Below, one piece after another: positions 12,542-26,356 of a stretch of DNA of 62,661 nt. Below the pieces are notes generated by a model. That model saw nothing but the letters and a program-made list of their open reading frames with translations, did not search any database and was not told where the DNA came from. The stretch spans positions 1-62,661 of the forward strand of contig ADNK01002426.1 of NCBI GenBank assembly GCA_000320545.1. Reading direction: 5' to 3'. Numbering within the stretch: the first letter of the stretch is position 1; every line of letters starts with the position of its first letter. The stretch is from Bigelowiella natans CCMP2755 (lineage: Eukaryota; Protista; Cercozoa). The translations under genes were made by a program, and so were the position numbers.

Positions 12542-13089
12542 GATGCACTCTTCTTTCAACTATTCATGGTAGTATGTGGCTTTCTATTGTCCGTATTCGT
12601 ATACATCTCTACGACACTTACGCTCTTTTAAACCTGTAAGAATTGATGCCTTTTCTTGGAGAAATTCTATTATTTACGAGAATATTTGAGAATAGTACCA
12701 GTGATTAGTTTATATAGTAGTGAATACAACTGTAGAAACAACATAATCATATGGAAAAACTAAGGCCTTGCAGCTACGACAACGATTTCAATGATGGCGA
12801 CGACGATGATAATGATGATAGTGATGATGATAATGATGATGGTGATCTATGGTGATAATGTTATATGATGACGATAATGATAATGATGATGATGAACATC
12901 GCAGACTACTTTGGTAACGTTGTAAAATTAGAATCTCCTTCTCCGCCTTTTCCATCATTGGCTCTAGTCTTTCTAAAGCTCTTTTCCCCTGAATAGTTGA
13001 TAAATAAATGACAATTTGATGATGGCTTTCTGCTTCTTCCATACACTACTATTACCAGTACATCATAATAAGAAGAAAACAAATAGAGC

Positions 13090-13128
<39 letters not shown>

Positions 13129-13271
13129 CTCCTACCTTTCGATATTTCTTGTAGAATAGCTGTTAAAAGGAGGTAACAGTTGAATCAAAGCAATCAGTAT
13201 CATCGCAGTTGATTTATATATCTTCTTCTATTTCTTCATCTCTTCTTCTATATCTTCTCTCATCAATGGAA

Positions 13272-13314
<43 letters not shown>

Positions 13315-13782
13315 CTTCAATCACTCGCATGTGCATCATATCTGTTTGAGTGTTATACCTCTGCATTTGCTGTCAAACCTTTCTCAGGATCTAATTCAAT
13401 TTCTAAAGTCTCCGCCTCTCCTTCGGAGTTGATCTGAGGTTGGTCGTGTTGTTGTTGTGTTGTTATGCTACTACTACTACTACTATCATCTATTTATCAA
13501 TTAACCTATCATTATTACCTACCTACCTACCTACCTACTTACTAGAAGATTTACTACCACACACCTGTGACCAATCAGGCACTGCTATACGCTCCATTCG
13601 CTTCTTGTATAAATGTCTATATAACAGCAGTTGCGGGTTAAGTGGATGATGATGATGATGATGTTGATGATGGTGATGGCAGTAGTAGCACAATCTACGA
13701 CATAAAAGGTAGGTATAAGAAAGCAACATCATGTGTTCTTGATGATGATGACCACACTGACGTCTCTTAGGGGAAGAGAAAA

Positions 13783-13863
<81 letters not shown>

Positions 13864-13897
13864 CTAGGGTGAGGCAGCAAACACCAGTAATCAGTGA

Positions 13898-13938
<41 letters not shown>

Positions 13939-13944
13939 ACACAT

Positions 13945-13977
<33 letters not shown>

Positions 13978-14058
13978 TACCTGTTTTGAGATAATGCGTC
14001 TCCCTGCCTGAGATATATCTCAGACTGACAAAAAACATCATATGGAGTGATGATGATG

Positions 14059-14090
<32 letters not shown>

Positions 14091-14986
14091 AACGACAAGA
14101 ACGATGGGAAGTGGTCATTACCGATGATTAAACTATAAATGTTCCAAACCATCTTATCATCACCGATGATCAAATCACGATAATTCTAAACAATCTTATA
14201 CTGAGTAGTAGTCTCGTTGCCAACAACGGATATTTGTGTAAATCTAACACTCATCACCATGCGTATTATAAGCGTATTATAATTCTTCACAGATATCTAA
14301 TATGAACTGCTGCTTCTTAAATCATATACGAAGGACCCACCCCTTCTGCAGCTTTAAGTTGCTTTTGTATATTTCCTATCTTCCCTTTATAATGAAGGAC
14401 CTTAAGAAGGTGATGCCAAAGGTAGTAGTAGCAAGAAAATTCAAGATACATAATTTAGTAGTTGTTCCGAAGTTACAGTATAAGAAGTATTGAGTAATTA
14501 TCCAATATAATAATAATACTACATAATGTTGCGCGATAGTATCCATAATAAATCTTGTACCTTTTTGTCCAAAGCAGCTGCCATTGTTTGTATAAAGGCC
14601 TCCAAATCTTCTTCCCCCGTTTCCTCCGCTATAATTTGATGTTTTCCTTTTCCTTCGTGGCCTTCTTTTTTTGAACCTTCTACTCTACTTCCGCCGCCTA
14701 CCATCCCCCCAACGCTACAATATCTGCTTTTTCGGAATGGATAGTGCTGTACAGGATTCGTCATTTGTAAAGAAAGTAGTGGGGGATAATGACTGCTGGT
14801 GGTGGTACTGCAGTAGCTGGAAATAGGAAGCATCATTCGCTTCTGGACAATGATAATCATATGTGGAGAAGATGTAAGTAAACTAACAACCGCTGTACCT
14901 AATGATGTGTCGTCGTCGTCATCGTTGTTTTATCGAGCGTTTGACCCAAGAATGACAAGAAATAAAATTCCAATATATGTATGTAA

Positions 14987-15046
<60 letters not shown>

Positions 15047-15892
15047 ACATATTATATTAAATATACGTTGGAGCAGCGGCCTTGATAATGACCCCCCCTT
15101 GTCTTCCCTAATCTTAACTTCGTTGCCCCATCCCCCCATTTATTATTCGAGAGCAGCAACAGTTGTTGAAAAGTAGGTGCACCCCTTCGAAAACCACTCA
15201 GCGGGATCCTGAGATGATGACGAGGAGTTAAAACAACACTTGATGAGCTAGATCATTTAATTTAAATACAGTTAAAGTGCAGTGCATTAGAGTGGACATG
15301 AAAGAATAGGAATGCACAGGCGAATGAGTGAGCAACCTGTAGTTAAGCTTTCTCGTTGAGGAAAAACACATCACTAAAAGGAGAAGATAAAGAAGAAGAA
15401 GAAAAGATAATGCCACCTAATGAACAAAGACAAAGGAAGAAGCAGTAATGAATATATGTATAGCCAATGTTTCATATATACGTTCGCAGACAATAATTGG
15501 TTTGGTAACTTACCTTGTGTCCCCCCATTCCACGTTCCTCTTGGAATATGGGTTTTGGTGAGGTGAGGTAGCAATGAGAAAAATGGCCTTTATTTTGGCC
15601 CTACGACAATGATTCTATGCACACTACAGACTAAAGAAATGAATAAACGGGTGAAATGACCTTTATTTTGGCCCTACGACAATGATTCTATGAATAAACG
15701 GTCTGTGAAAGAAAGAAAGAAGTACATCCACTCCACTATGATGATGATCATGATCATCAATGATCATTAGGAGAAAGAGGAAGATCAGGAGGAAGAGGAG
15801 GAGGAGGAGGATTACGCTTGGGGAAGATCATCCATTCTAATCACTTCCTTTACCCCTGGAGCTTTTGAAGAGAAGCTACCTACTACCATCAT
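9347..15892 (-). CDS. Bacterial-type NFACT/RqcH (FbpA-like) protein, coiled-coil + NFACT-R part, with N-terminal extension; about 20 exons; 5' end uncertain
   Basis: Spliced motifs IAVPDWSQ, IELDPEKGLTANAE|LFYKKYRK|GKRA, KFTSPSG|FTVLAGRSASANEHVSF, VWFHVRNLPGSHVLI, DIEFAAKIAAWHSHGK, VEVSYCKGSQ|VKNPPARHKKLG|AVSI. Confidence 0.85.
15587..15692. repeat. Direct duplication of about 33 bp spanning a splice acceptor
   Basis: CCTTTATTTTGGCCCTACGACAATGATTCTATG occurs at about 15587 and about 15660. Confidence 0.9.
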
Positions 15893-16000
15893 CTATCGTT
15901 ATCATTCTTGCAACGCTCATTATCATCCTAAGCACGTGAAGGGACTCATACCGATGCTTAAGCTAAAATGAAAATTTAGAGATCTGAACAGGGTCAAAAT

Positions 16001-16964
16001 ATGGCGTTGTCCTTGCTGTCACGCTCCAGCCTAATTGCTTTCATTCTCGTTGCAAGCTGGAGCTACAGATGGTAAAGATGGCGAAGCTGCTCACAATCCT
16101 TTTTTACTAATTGCTACATTCATCGTCCTTCAACACCCCTCCCATAATCATCATCATAATCATCATCACCATCATCATCATTATTCAGGTTTTCATATGT
16201 GAGGACTAGCGTTATGCAGAGTAGCATTATTAACTTATGCTGCCACGGCAATTATGAGAAGAGAGGCATGCATCTAAGAACGGCTGCTCTGAAACCCGCT
16301 GCTGAAATCTCTTCCTCCTCCTCCTCTGTTTCCTCAATATCAATAGGAACTTTATTACGGGGTTTGTAGATAGTTGATTCGATAGAATACTCTATTGATG
16401 GTGGTGGTGATGATGTGGTAGTTGCTTGCAGTTGTGGTTAGTGTATGCTGTCTACACACACACACACACACGTACACACAATCACACACAGGGCTTGTAG
16501 TAGTCCATCACTGAGTAGTAGCTAGCACAATCTAATCAACATGCTAAACACAACTACTACTGCTACTGCTGCTACTACTACTACTACTACCGTGATATCT
16601 TCCATACTTAAAACAAACGAGAGAAACAAACATATGTTCTCGTGATGGTTTGGTGGTGGTTGTTGTTGTCAAAATAAGGAGGAGGAGGAGGAATGTCATC
16701 ATCATCTGGATTTAACTACCCTACTTCACCAAACGAGGAGGATGATGATGATGATGATGATGATGATTATTGCTCTCTGCTAAAGTATGGTGGTGATGAG
16801 GACGATGATGACGATGCCCTTCTACTACCCGAAGAACATAAAGAAGAGGAGGGATTATCTCATCCTAGAGCAGCAGCGGCAGCAGCAGCAGCAGGAGCAG
16901 ATTATTACATGCCAAGATTCCAAACAGCCCTTGAGGTATTACTACCTTATCATGATCACATTCA

Positions 16965-16997
<33 letters not shown>

Positions 16998-16999
16998 TG

Positions 17000-17039
<40 letters not shown>

Positions 17040-18317
17040 ATTTTGATATGTATATATTTGTATTGCAAACATATTAATGTGTAATCTATTGACGATTACA
17101 CTATCATTATCATTAAATAAAATACACAGAGATATACAACATTTGGTACTGCTAAACAATAATATCAGTACCACGACCAACACTGCCTATGTTACTTATC
17201 AATCTTACTATCAGTACCACGACCAACACTGCCTATGCTACTTATCAATCTTACTAATTTAGATAATTTCTTCAACACTTTTTAATAAATTCTTATAACT
17301 TAAGATATTTTATGGACATCGCCATCCGAAAGACAACGTCACTCTTTGGCACAAACTCCATGAGAAATCGGTTGTATGATTATATCCTAATGATTGGTAG
17401 TTATTAATTACTAAAACCAACTGTTTGTCGTCATCTATCTAGTTTGAAGAAGTCACATAATGCACCTAACAATCATCATCATCATCATCATTATCAATCA
17501 CCATCATTTTCATTTACATTCACATTCACCGTCATCTCTATTACTACTACTACTACTACTACTACTACCCCTATGATACTGACATGAACATTCTAAAGGT
17601 GTCCTTCCTCTAGTTGTGCTAATGATCAATGCATGCATGATGAGATCATCAATTTGATAGATTATTCCTTTCCTCACTTTTTACTTTCTAAAATTGCATC
17701 ATTATTTAATTATCAAGGACGATGCTTTTGGTTAGTAGAGTAGCATATGGATAATGACAACAACGAATGGTGTCGATGGTTGCTACAACAAACAACAAAC
17801 AACAACAATAACAACAAAACAACAATACTACTACTACTACTACTACTACTACTAAGGCGAAATGGCTTCAAAAACTGGAGAAACTTTCCGTCTCTTGGGA
17901 TCTATGCACACAGTTTATTACAACAGGTAGTTATACTTACACATATACATGCACACATGCATACATACTACGACAAAGAAAAGGATGATAATGATGATGA
18001 TGATGATGATGATGAACATTAATAGAGTTATGCAGAAGGAAGGAAAGAAGGAAGCACGACGTATATAGCTAATATGGCTCTCACTAATAGACGACCACTA
18101 CTAGTAGTAATAAGGAAGCACGACGTATATAGCTATTATGGCTCTCACTAATAGACGACGACTACTACTACCACTACTACTACTACTACTGTAGTGCTGG
18201 CGTGTGACTAGTACCTTCTCTATTTTTGAAAAAGGAATAGGAGGAAGGGGAGGGATCAGAGGAGCAGGAGAAGGAGGAGAAGAGAATAATAACTTACTTC
18301 TTCAGGTTGCTTTAGTT

Positions 18318-18351
<34 letters not shown>

Positions 18352-19131
18352 AGTAGCCACTTACATCGATAATAATACAGGATAATAGCACTCTGTCATC
18401 TTCTTCTCGTTCCTTTTCCTATTGCTATAAAGATGAGTAGTTTTTTAATGTTGATCTAGAGATATGGTGATAAGTTCTCCGTCCTCCCTCCTCATTGTTT
18501 AAAATCCTGATTAAGTTTGTCTTCTTCATACCCTCAATTATTTAGAAAAAGATGTTTTGCGCTCAATTACTTTACAAGAAATCTCGAAGGTGATTGGTGG
18601 CAGCTTGATGTACTAAATCAATTGCAACCACAACAAACAATAACAATACACATAATACAATACATGCTATTTTTACGCATTGAGGAAGTTGCTATTGTTA
18701 TATTAGGGTGTTATTAGGGTGTTGTTTAATCCATATGTTTATTCGTTTGGATAGATTGAAAACATCATCACTCAGTAGTACAGAGCAGCTGCAAGAAGAG
18801 AATACTGGAGGAAAAATTAAAAACTTAACTAGAATCAGGAAGGTCTTTAGATAAATTACTATCAACTTTTGTTCATATTTGGTATTTTGTTTGTTGTTTG
18901 TAAGAAGTAGCAGCACCACCACTATTATCACTATCTCCATTTATATGCACAAAAAGAGGAGGAGTCTTTTACTATTTTCTACACACGAGGAATTTCTGAC
19001 TTACTATCTTACTTACTTACTTGGCTACTATCTTCTCCATATGGTGTTTGATATTTAATAGTCACTTATCAACTACATCCAACAAATGTCGGTGGAACTA
19101 TACAAATTCATAATTGGTGAGCTACTACGAA

Positions 19132-19169
<38 letters not shown>

Positions 19170-20447
19170 TCTCCTTTGGATAATAATAATAATGATAATA
19201 ATATTAATAACAATAATAAACCTCCTCCTCCTCCCCCTCCTCCTCCTCCTCCTCCTCACCCTCCTCACCCTGCTGCTCTCGAAGATTATGCATTATCATC
19301 GGACACGACTGGACGCCGTCGTCATCTTCTTCTCCTTCCACAAATGGCCATGAGGATTCGTAACAGCAGCAGCTATAATCCAAAGCAGCAGATAGTGACT
19401 ACATCATCATCATCGTTACTATCGTTAACATATCAGCATTTCTATCATTCACAGGAAGGGAATTATTTCTCAATGGTAGTACTATACTACATGTACTAAT
19501 CCCATCAATTATATTAAAATATAATAAGGGCAATGGACATCATCATCCATTACTACAGCTTGAAATAATCTAATATTATGATGATGATGCTGATGATGCT
19601 GATGATGATGATGTTTTGTCATATGATGATGAGAGAAAACAGATCATCATGGTTATCTTGTCCTACTACTACTACTACTACTACTACTAATATGTCATCA
19701 TACGATGCTGTTCTACTTACTGCATAATGAGCGCCGTTTTCATACTAGTGTTGACTTTGACTATACATAGAGGACACATAGCACGAGATAAAAAGATATT
19801 ACGTATTCACTTCTATGTTTCTATCATAAAACATCATCACGCTCATCATCATCGTTATCCTCATCATAATAATGATATTAGGTATGCCGTGCACTTGCCG
19901 CTTTAAGTGTGGGAATAGGCTATCACAGTAAGTGTGGTAGTATAGTAGTAGTATTAGTAGTAGTATTAGTCGAGCTATCTCATTAGTATGATGAGATAGA
20001 TAGTAATTATAGTAGTAGAACTATCTCAGGAGTATGATGAGATGATAACTATTACTGACAACTAATTGTTTGCACGTCGTGGTGGTGATGATGCTAGTTT
20101 TAGTACTACTGTCATCAAATAATAGAAACGTCAATATTTTCTTTTTAATTAAAACCTTACATTTACACCTTACAATATTAATGAACACAATTTCTTCAGA
20201 TATCACCGATGACTTACTAAACGTAGGTTATGAGGATAAAAGGGTAATTATTAGTATTTTATTGGAATGATGAGATAATAAAAGGAGTTTGATCTTGAAA
20301 GAGCAAGTGAGAAGATAGGTTGTTACATCTCTGCTGCAATTACTTATTTAGTTGCTTCATTCCTTTGGTTTTGTTTCTTGTCATCAATTTCTGTTGCAAC
20401 AAACACATCTTCTCATCAGAGCTCATTCGGCATATTGGAGTGCTTAA

Positions 20448-20482
<35 letters not shown>

Positions 20483-21139
20483 GTTGTAGTAGAAATAGTA
20501 GTAGGATATGAATAGTAAATGATTTAGTACACTTTTATTACAGATAATGAGAAACTATTATTAACACTAAAGTTATTACTACATAATGGCTTTTGCCTTT
20601 TTTCCAGTTTTTTGTTATTATTTCTGTATACCTTTCACTTCCTAACCATCAACCATTCAAATATACCAAAACGACAATATTCGAAGGAGAAGTAAACATT
20701 TACGATAGCAATATGTTTGTATAATATTATGATGAAATCACTAAATATCCATGATTTCCTCCTCCTCCTTTCAATAAATGATAATGATTAAGTGTGTAGC
20801 TGAAGAACAGCATGAGAAAGAACAAGAAGAAAAACAACAAAAAGGAAATGAAAGGAAAACTAGTTATCACTGCCATGATAGCATGAAGGAGGAATGGGAT
20901 AGAGAAACAGAAACGGATTTGGAAGAAGATCATTGTCGTTCCACCTTCCAACGCCTAGCAATCGATGAGGTATCTTCAAATTGCTATGATTTATTTATGA
21001 TGATTACGTTTGCCATTCTAGTGTTTCATGATGACTGAGAACACCCTTGGATGATAGTATTAGTAGTAGTTTTAGTAGTATAAATATTTATCTTGATGTT
21101 TTCTCAGAAGCAACTAAAGATATGAAAAGAGAGGAGAGT

Positions 21140-21190
<51 letters not shown>

Positions 21191-21601
21191 AGAAGAGCAC
21201 ATTTATTTTTGTTCTCCACGATGTGTTCTCTTAGTACGATGTTGTTCTTATCATTAACACATGTTTGTGTATGATTGAGTTGTGTCATTCGTCATAGAGA
21301 TGATAGGGTTATGTACTGTATGCATATGGTGTTGAGTGTAATAAACATTATCATTTCCATCAATCACACTGTAGTCAACGGATGAGCGCATGTTGTAATG
21401 AATAAATTGCCACGCACATTGTACTCATATAGATGTTGTTATCTTTCTATCATAATCGGTATCATCATTGATTTTAAACAACAAAAGTGTGCTTCTGACG
21501 TCTTTCAGTATATTGATTGGGTACTATTACTACTACTACTACTACTACTACTACCATTGTGTATTATTACCTAAATTGTAGAAAACACATAATATATTAT
21601 A

Positions 21602-21640
<39 letters not shown>

Positions 21641-22452
21641 TAATGGTATTGGATCGGTAATGTATCAGCTGTTTGTTATATTGAAATGCTTCTTCTAAAT
21701 TGAGAAAATAGAAATAGTAATAGTAGTGATAGTAGCAGCAGCAGTAGTATTAAATCAATAATTAATGGACTAATATGAATTTAGCTAATAACATTGTTAT
21801 TTTCCAAAAACTCTCCACAAAAATAATGACACCTTCTCCTCCTCTTTCTCCACCTTCTTCCCTCTTTGTGTTGTTGACATCATCGTCTCAATTCTTTTTC
21901 ATTGTTCGTACAAAAGGTAGCTAATGATTATGCATATGGGAGCATTGTAAATACTACTGCTCCGTACACATCCTGTGCAACATCATGGTCAGTGGGTGGT
22001 ACACAGATTGAAATTTAAATATGTAGTAATATTGATATGTAGTATCAAGTATACTCTAACAAAGTGCTGCGAATATACATAACTCCTTATCTCATAATAT
22101 TATATTCTTCTTCTTTATCTTCTTCCTTTGCTGGCAATTACTACTACTGCTACATTGTTTTAAGGAATGTGATTTCTTTTAAACAAAAGGGTTAGAGCTG
22201 CATCTCCGAAAAAACTCAATACAAGTAGCTTAGGTACTACGAACAACCGCTATTAATCTAATGATACTATTGATACCAGCAGCAATTGGTAGACTGGAGA
22301 TTTCGTAATGGACCAATATATCATATACTGCATATTTATAATGATGACGACAATGATGACGAAGATGGTGGTGGTGGTGGTGGTGATTAATGGATTAAAA
22401 GCATTGCTGTAATCTTTATCATTCTCATGACACAGTGTTGATTTTACAGCTG

Positions 22453-22487
<35 letters not shown>

Positions 22488-24239
22488 CTAATAAATATCT
22501 CGACTACTTTAGCTGAGAGGATTGTGTTAGCCTTGGCATTGGAACCCTTTGGAAGAGAAACCTTGTAATAAAAATATGGTGCCTTCTTTATTTATAGAGA
22601 GACCTAGTAGTAATTTGCCACTAGTGGTAGTGTAGTTATGATGATGACGTAGACACTTCTTAGTAGATAAAGTGCTTGTAATTGTTACAATTTGATTGCA
22701 TTCATCATCATATCTACTCGATCTTCTTCTTCTTCTTCTTCTTCTTCTTCTTCTTCATCTTCTTCCATTTTTTCATGTTTTTGTTCTTCTCGTTCATATT
22801 AACAAAGTACTATTGCTACCACTATTACTACTAGAACAACAACAACTACTACTACTACTACTACTACCTATTACTACTACTAACAGTACTACTCCCTATC
22901 TTCATTTTCACACTATTATCTCTCCGAATACTACTTGATTTATTACTTTGAAAAACTCACATTATAATTATTTATTGGTTGCCTGCCTCCCCCTCCCTCA
23001 TAGGAAGAATGACAGGATTGGTGAGTTGAAAGCTGCAACAGTATTAGTGAAGACCTTGATAAGTTTATTTGACTTGACGAAAGAGAAGCATGAGGCACTC
23101 CGAGCAGCGTAATATTCTCACTTACTATTTATCTACATGGATGCTTCTAGATGCTTCTAGAGCAGCACCAGATAGACATAACAGTAGTAACATCATCTAA
23201 TTCATCACATAGATTCTCTTCAATTTTCATCGATAATATTATCATTATTATGATTTGTTATTATTTAATAAGGAATTGATAAATATCCTACTAAATATTG
23301 ATGTGATTGTTCTTAGAATTCTCACCTCATTAGCAGCGACTGAGGGAAGGTATTGCGTCGAGCAACATAGTTTTTCTCATCTACATGTATATGCTGATCT
23401 ATATGTGTGTAATATGTGTGCTGCTGCCTTACTATTATTCTGTATTTCTCATGTTTTCCCCTCTTGTGGAATGTTCGCTTAAGTTGAAGATTTTACAGAC
23501 ATTTTCTTGTATTGATAGAGTAAATTGCGAAATGATGGAAGGAGATGAGGATGGATGTATGGTAATTCACATAGTATTGAGGGGATATGAAGAACGGGGG
23601 AGTGGGGATGAGGAGAAGGAGAAGAAGAAGAAGAAGAAGAAGAAGGAGAAGAAGATGGCGAGAGGAGAATTAAAATAGAATGAAGCTTTTTGCTTTTTAG
23701 ACGTTTTTGTTTTGGTGTATCTTGCACTGGTAGTTTGTAAAGTAGTAGCCTTTTCATTCCAATAACATAGAGACTACACTTGTACTGGGATGTGAGAAAA
23801 ATCATTTGTAATATGATCATCATCATCATCATCATTATTATTATTACCATTAGCGACTTTGTGAGTTAATCACAGAACTTGCTGCTAGTTTCACACCTAA
23901 GGTAGATTTGATACATAGAAATATTGAGAATAAAATAAATTGCTCTCCTCACCGAAGAAAATTTTCGATATAGCTCTAAAGAAGAACCCCCCCCCCCCCC
24001 TTCCCCCCCCTCTCTCTTTCTGTACCATCTTGTTAATATACATGCCTACTTGTCCACACGTGATGAATGAGCGATGATGAAGTCAATGACCAGTTCTTCA
24101 AATATGGTTGTTCTTGTTCTTGTTGTTATTGTTGTTTGAAATCAGCTCGAGTCTCTTCAATCTACAGGCGTGGGTAGTACATTACTACTATAACTATTCC
24201 TTCCTACTCCTATAGAAACAAGATAGTAGTATATATAGG

Positions 24240-24270
<31 letters not shown>

Positions 24271-25354
24271 CTCTGAAGCGAGACATTGGCACACGATAAT
24301 GACATACCACAAAGACAGACGACTCCTCTTATATTATTATTTATTAAATTATCCCATCATCATCATCATCATCATGATCTACCATCTATTTGTCCTTTAC
24401 AATTATTATTATTATTATTATTATATTATTGTTATTGTGCGAGTTAACTACCCCATCATCATTATTGTTATTATCTATTATTATTATTATTATTATCAAT
24501 TATTATTATAAATAATCTACCATTAGGTCCTATTTATCCTTTATTATGTGAGAGGATTGTGCAGTTTACACAGCACCAAAGTCACAAAGTAGCAGTCCTT
24601 ACCCTACAATTTTGGTAGTTATATTATGTATGTTGTTGCATCTTTGTGTCGTCGTCTGTCATGATTCACCCATTATTATTGAGAACCATGAGATGATGAG
24701 GATGATGATGAGATCAGAGTCAACGTCTTGTAAACAAGTTTAAAACAACATGAATAGTAATTCTCAAATTATTATGAAGGAGAGACCTTGCTCTCACTCT
24801 TGCACATAGTCCTTCATCAATGCTGAAGAAAAGGTAAATATAATGATCTGTACTTCATAAAAGAAGAATAAGAGTAAGAATAAAAATAACGATATTAGAA
24901 AGATGGACGGAAAATACAAGTCGTATTAACATCTTATAATAAGTAATAGGCCTAATATATGTTGTTATTGTATCAGCTGTGCATAATAATGTTAGAAGAA
25001 GGATAGTAAGACAAGCCCTTCTTCTTATTATTATATCCGAAGATATTCTCATAATAAACTACAGTATATTGTTTTGTTTACCACAATTTATATGTTTGAC
25101 GACGAGATTGTACCACTTCCAATGCTTTACAGCATAGACCACTACTCATGAACGAAGAATACTAAAACGGTTATTATTGGTTGTTGTGTGATGATAGTTT
25201 TCGTGCACCGCTTATTCAAGTTGTTATTGAGGCATCGAGACTAGCAACCATTCCTGTGTCTTCTTTATATTATCATCGTCACCATCATAACCACCACCAG
25301 CAGCAGCAGCAGCAGCAGATACAACAACCCCAGCGAAGACGGAGGACGACGACT

Positions 25355-25385
<31 letters not shown>

Positions 25386-25674
25386 CTGCATATGTTAGCA
25401 AAAACGTCCTTTACGGTACACTATCAAGAGAGCAGAGAGAGAGAGATAGAGATAAGGAAAGCATGATGATCGCTATTATTATTACCATTGTTCAACTGTG
25501 ATTATTACGAGCTGACATCAATGCTGCAGATGAAATGGAAGAATCACGCATAGATCGACGAAGGGAAGCTCTCGTAACGATAAGGTGAGTTCGTATGTTT
25601 GGTGCTCTCTCTCTCTCTCTTTATGTATTGTAACATGTATCAATGTGTGTGCACATATATTGCATGCATGCATG

Positions 25675-25711
<37 letters not shown>

Positions 25712-26325
25712 TATTCACTACATTCTGGTGATACCATCTTTTCTGAGAGTTATATGCTTCGTTTCTGATTCTGTTTTTCAGACAAATATCTAAAGTTATC
25801 AGTCCAAGACACACTTTGAAGAGACTCTCCACGGTTGTTTTTAAAAAGCTAAAAGGAAATAAAAGGAATAAAAGAGAGTGCCTGTTCGCTTACATGTTTG
25901 TTCACTTCTTACATTTTACATTACCACTATTCAGGCGTTAAATTTGTTTTTGAAGGAGAGCACTTTGAGTGCGTATCTTCGGGCAGAGGGTGAGAGATTA
26001 GTAGTATTAACACGTGAGTAGTGCTTCATGATAGTAGTGCGTACGTAGTCCTGATAGATTCGTTGTTTAAATTATTATAGTCTTAGAGTAGTTGATCCTG
26101 TGCTTTAGGGGTAAGAAAGTTATGCTTACTCTTGAAATTAGTTTTGAGAATCATCACCCATATAGTAGTAGTAATTCCATGTCGTCATCGTCATCGTGTG
26201 CACTCGTTGCTTATGGTTGTTACTGATCACTCACACCAGCGATTATGAAGAGCTTGTCCGTGATTGTAGAGACCTGCTTGATTTCAGATGATACACCGGT
26301 ACAAAATCAATCACCAATACATTAT

Positions 26326-26356
<31 letters not shown>

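Noticed and set aside
15249-15270. A 22-nt GT-AG mini-intron in the NFACT 5' region
   Set aside because: Removing it does not restore an open frame in any phase I tested.
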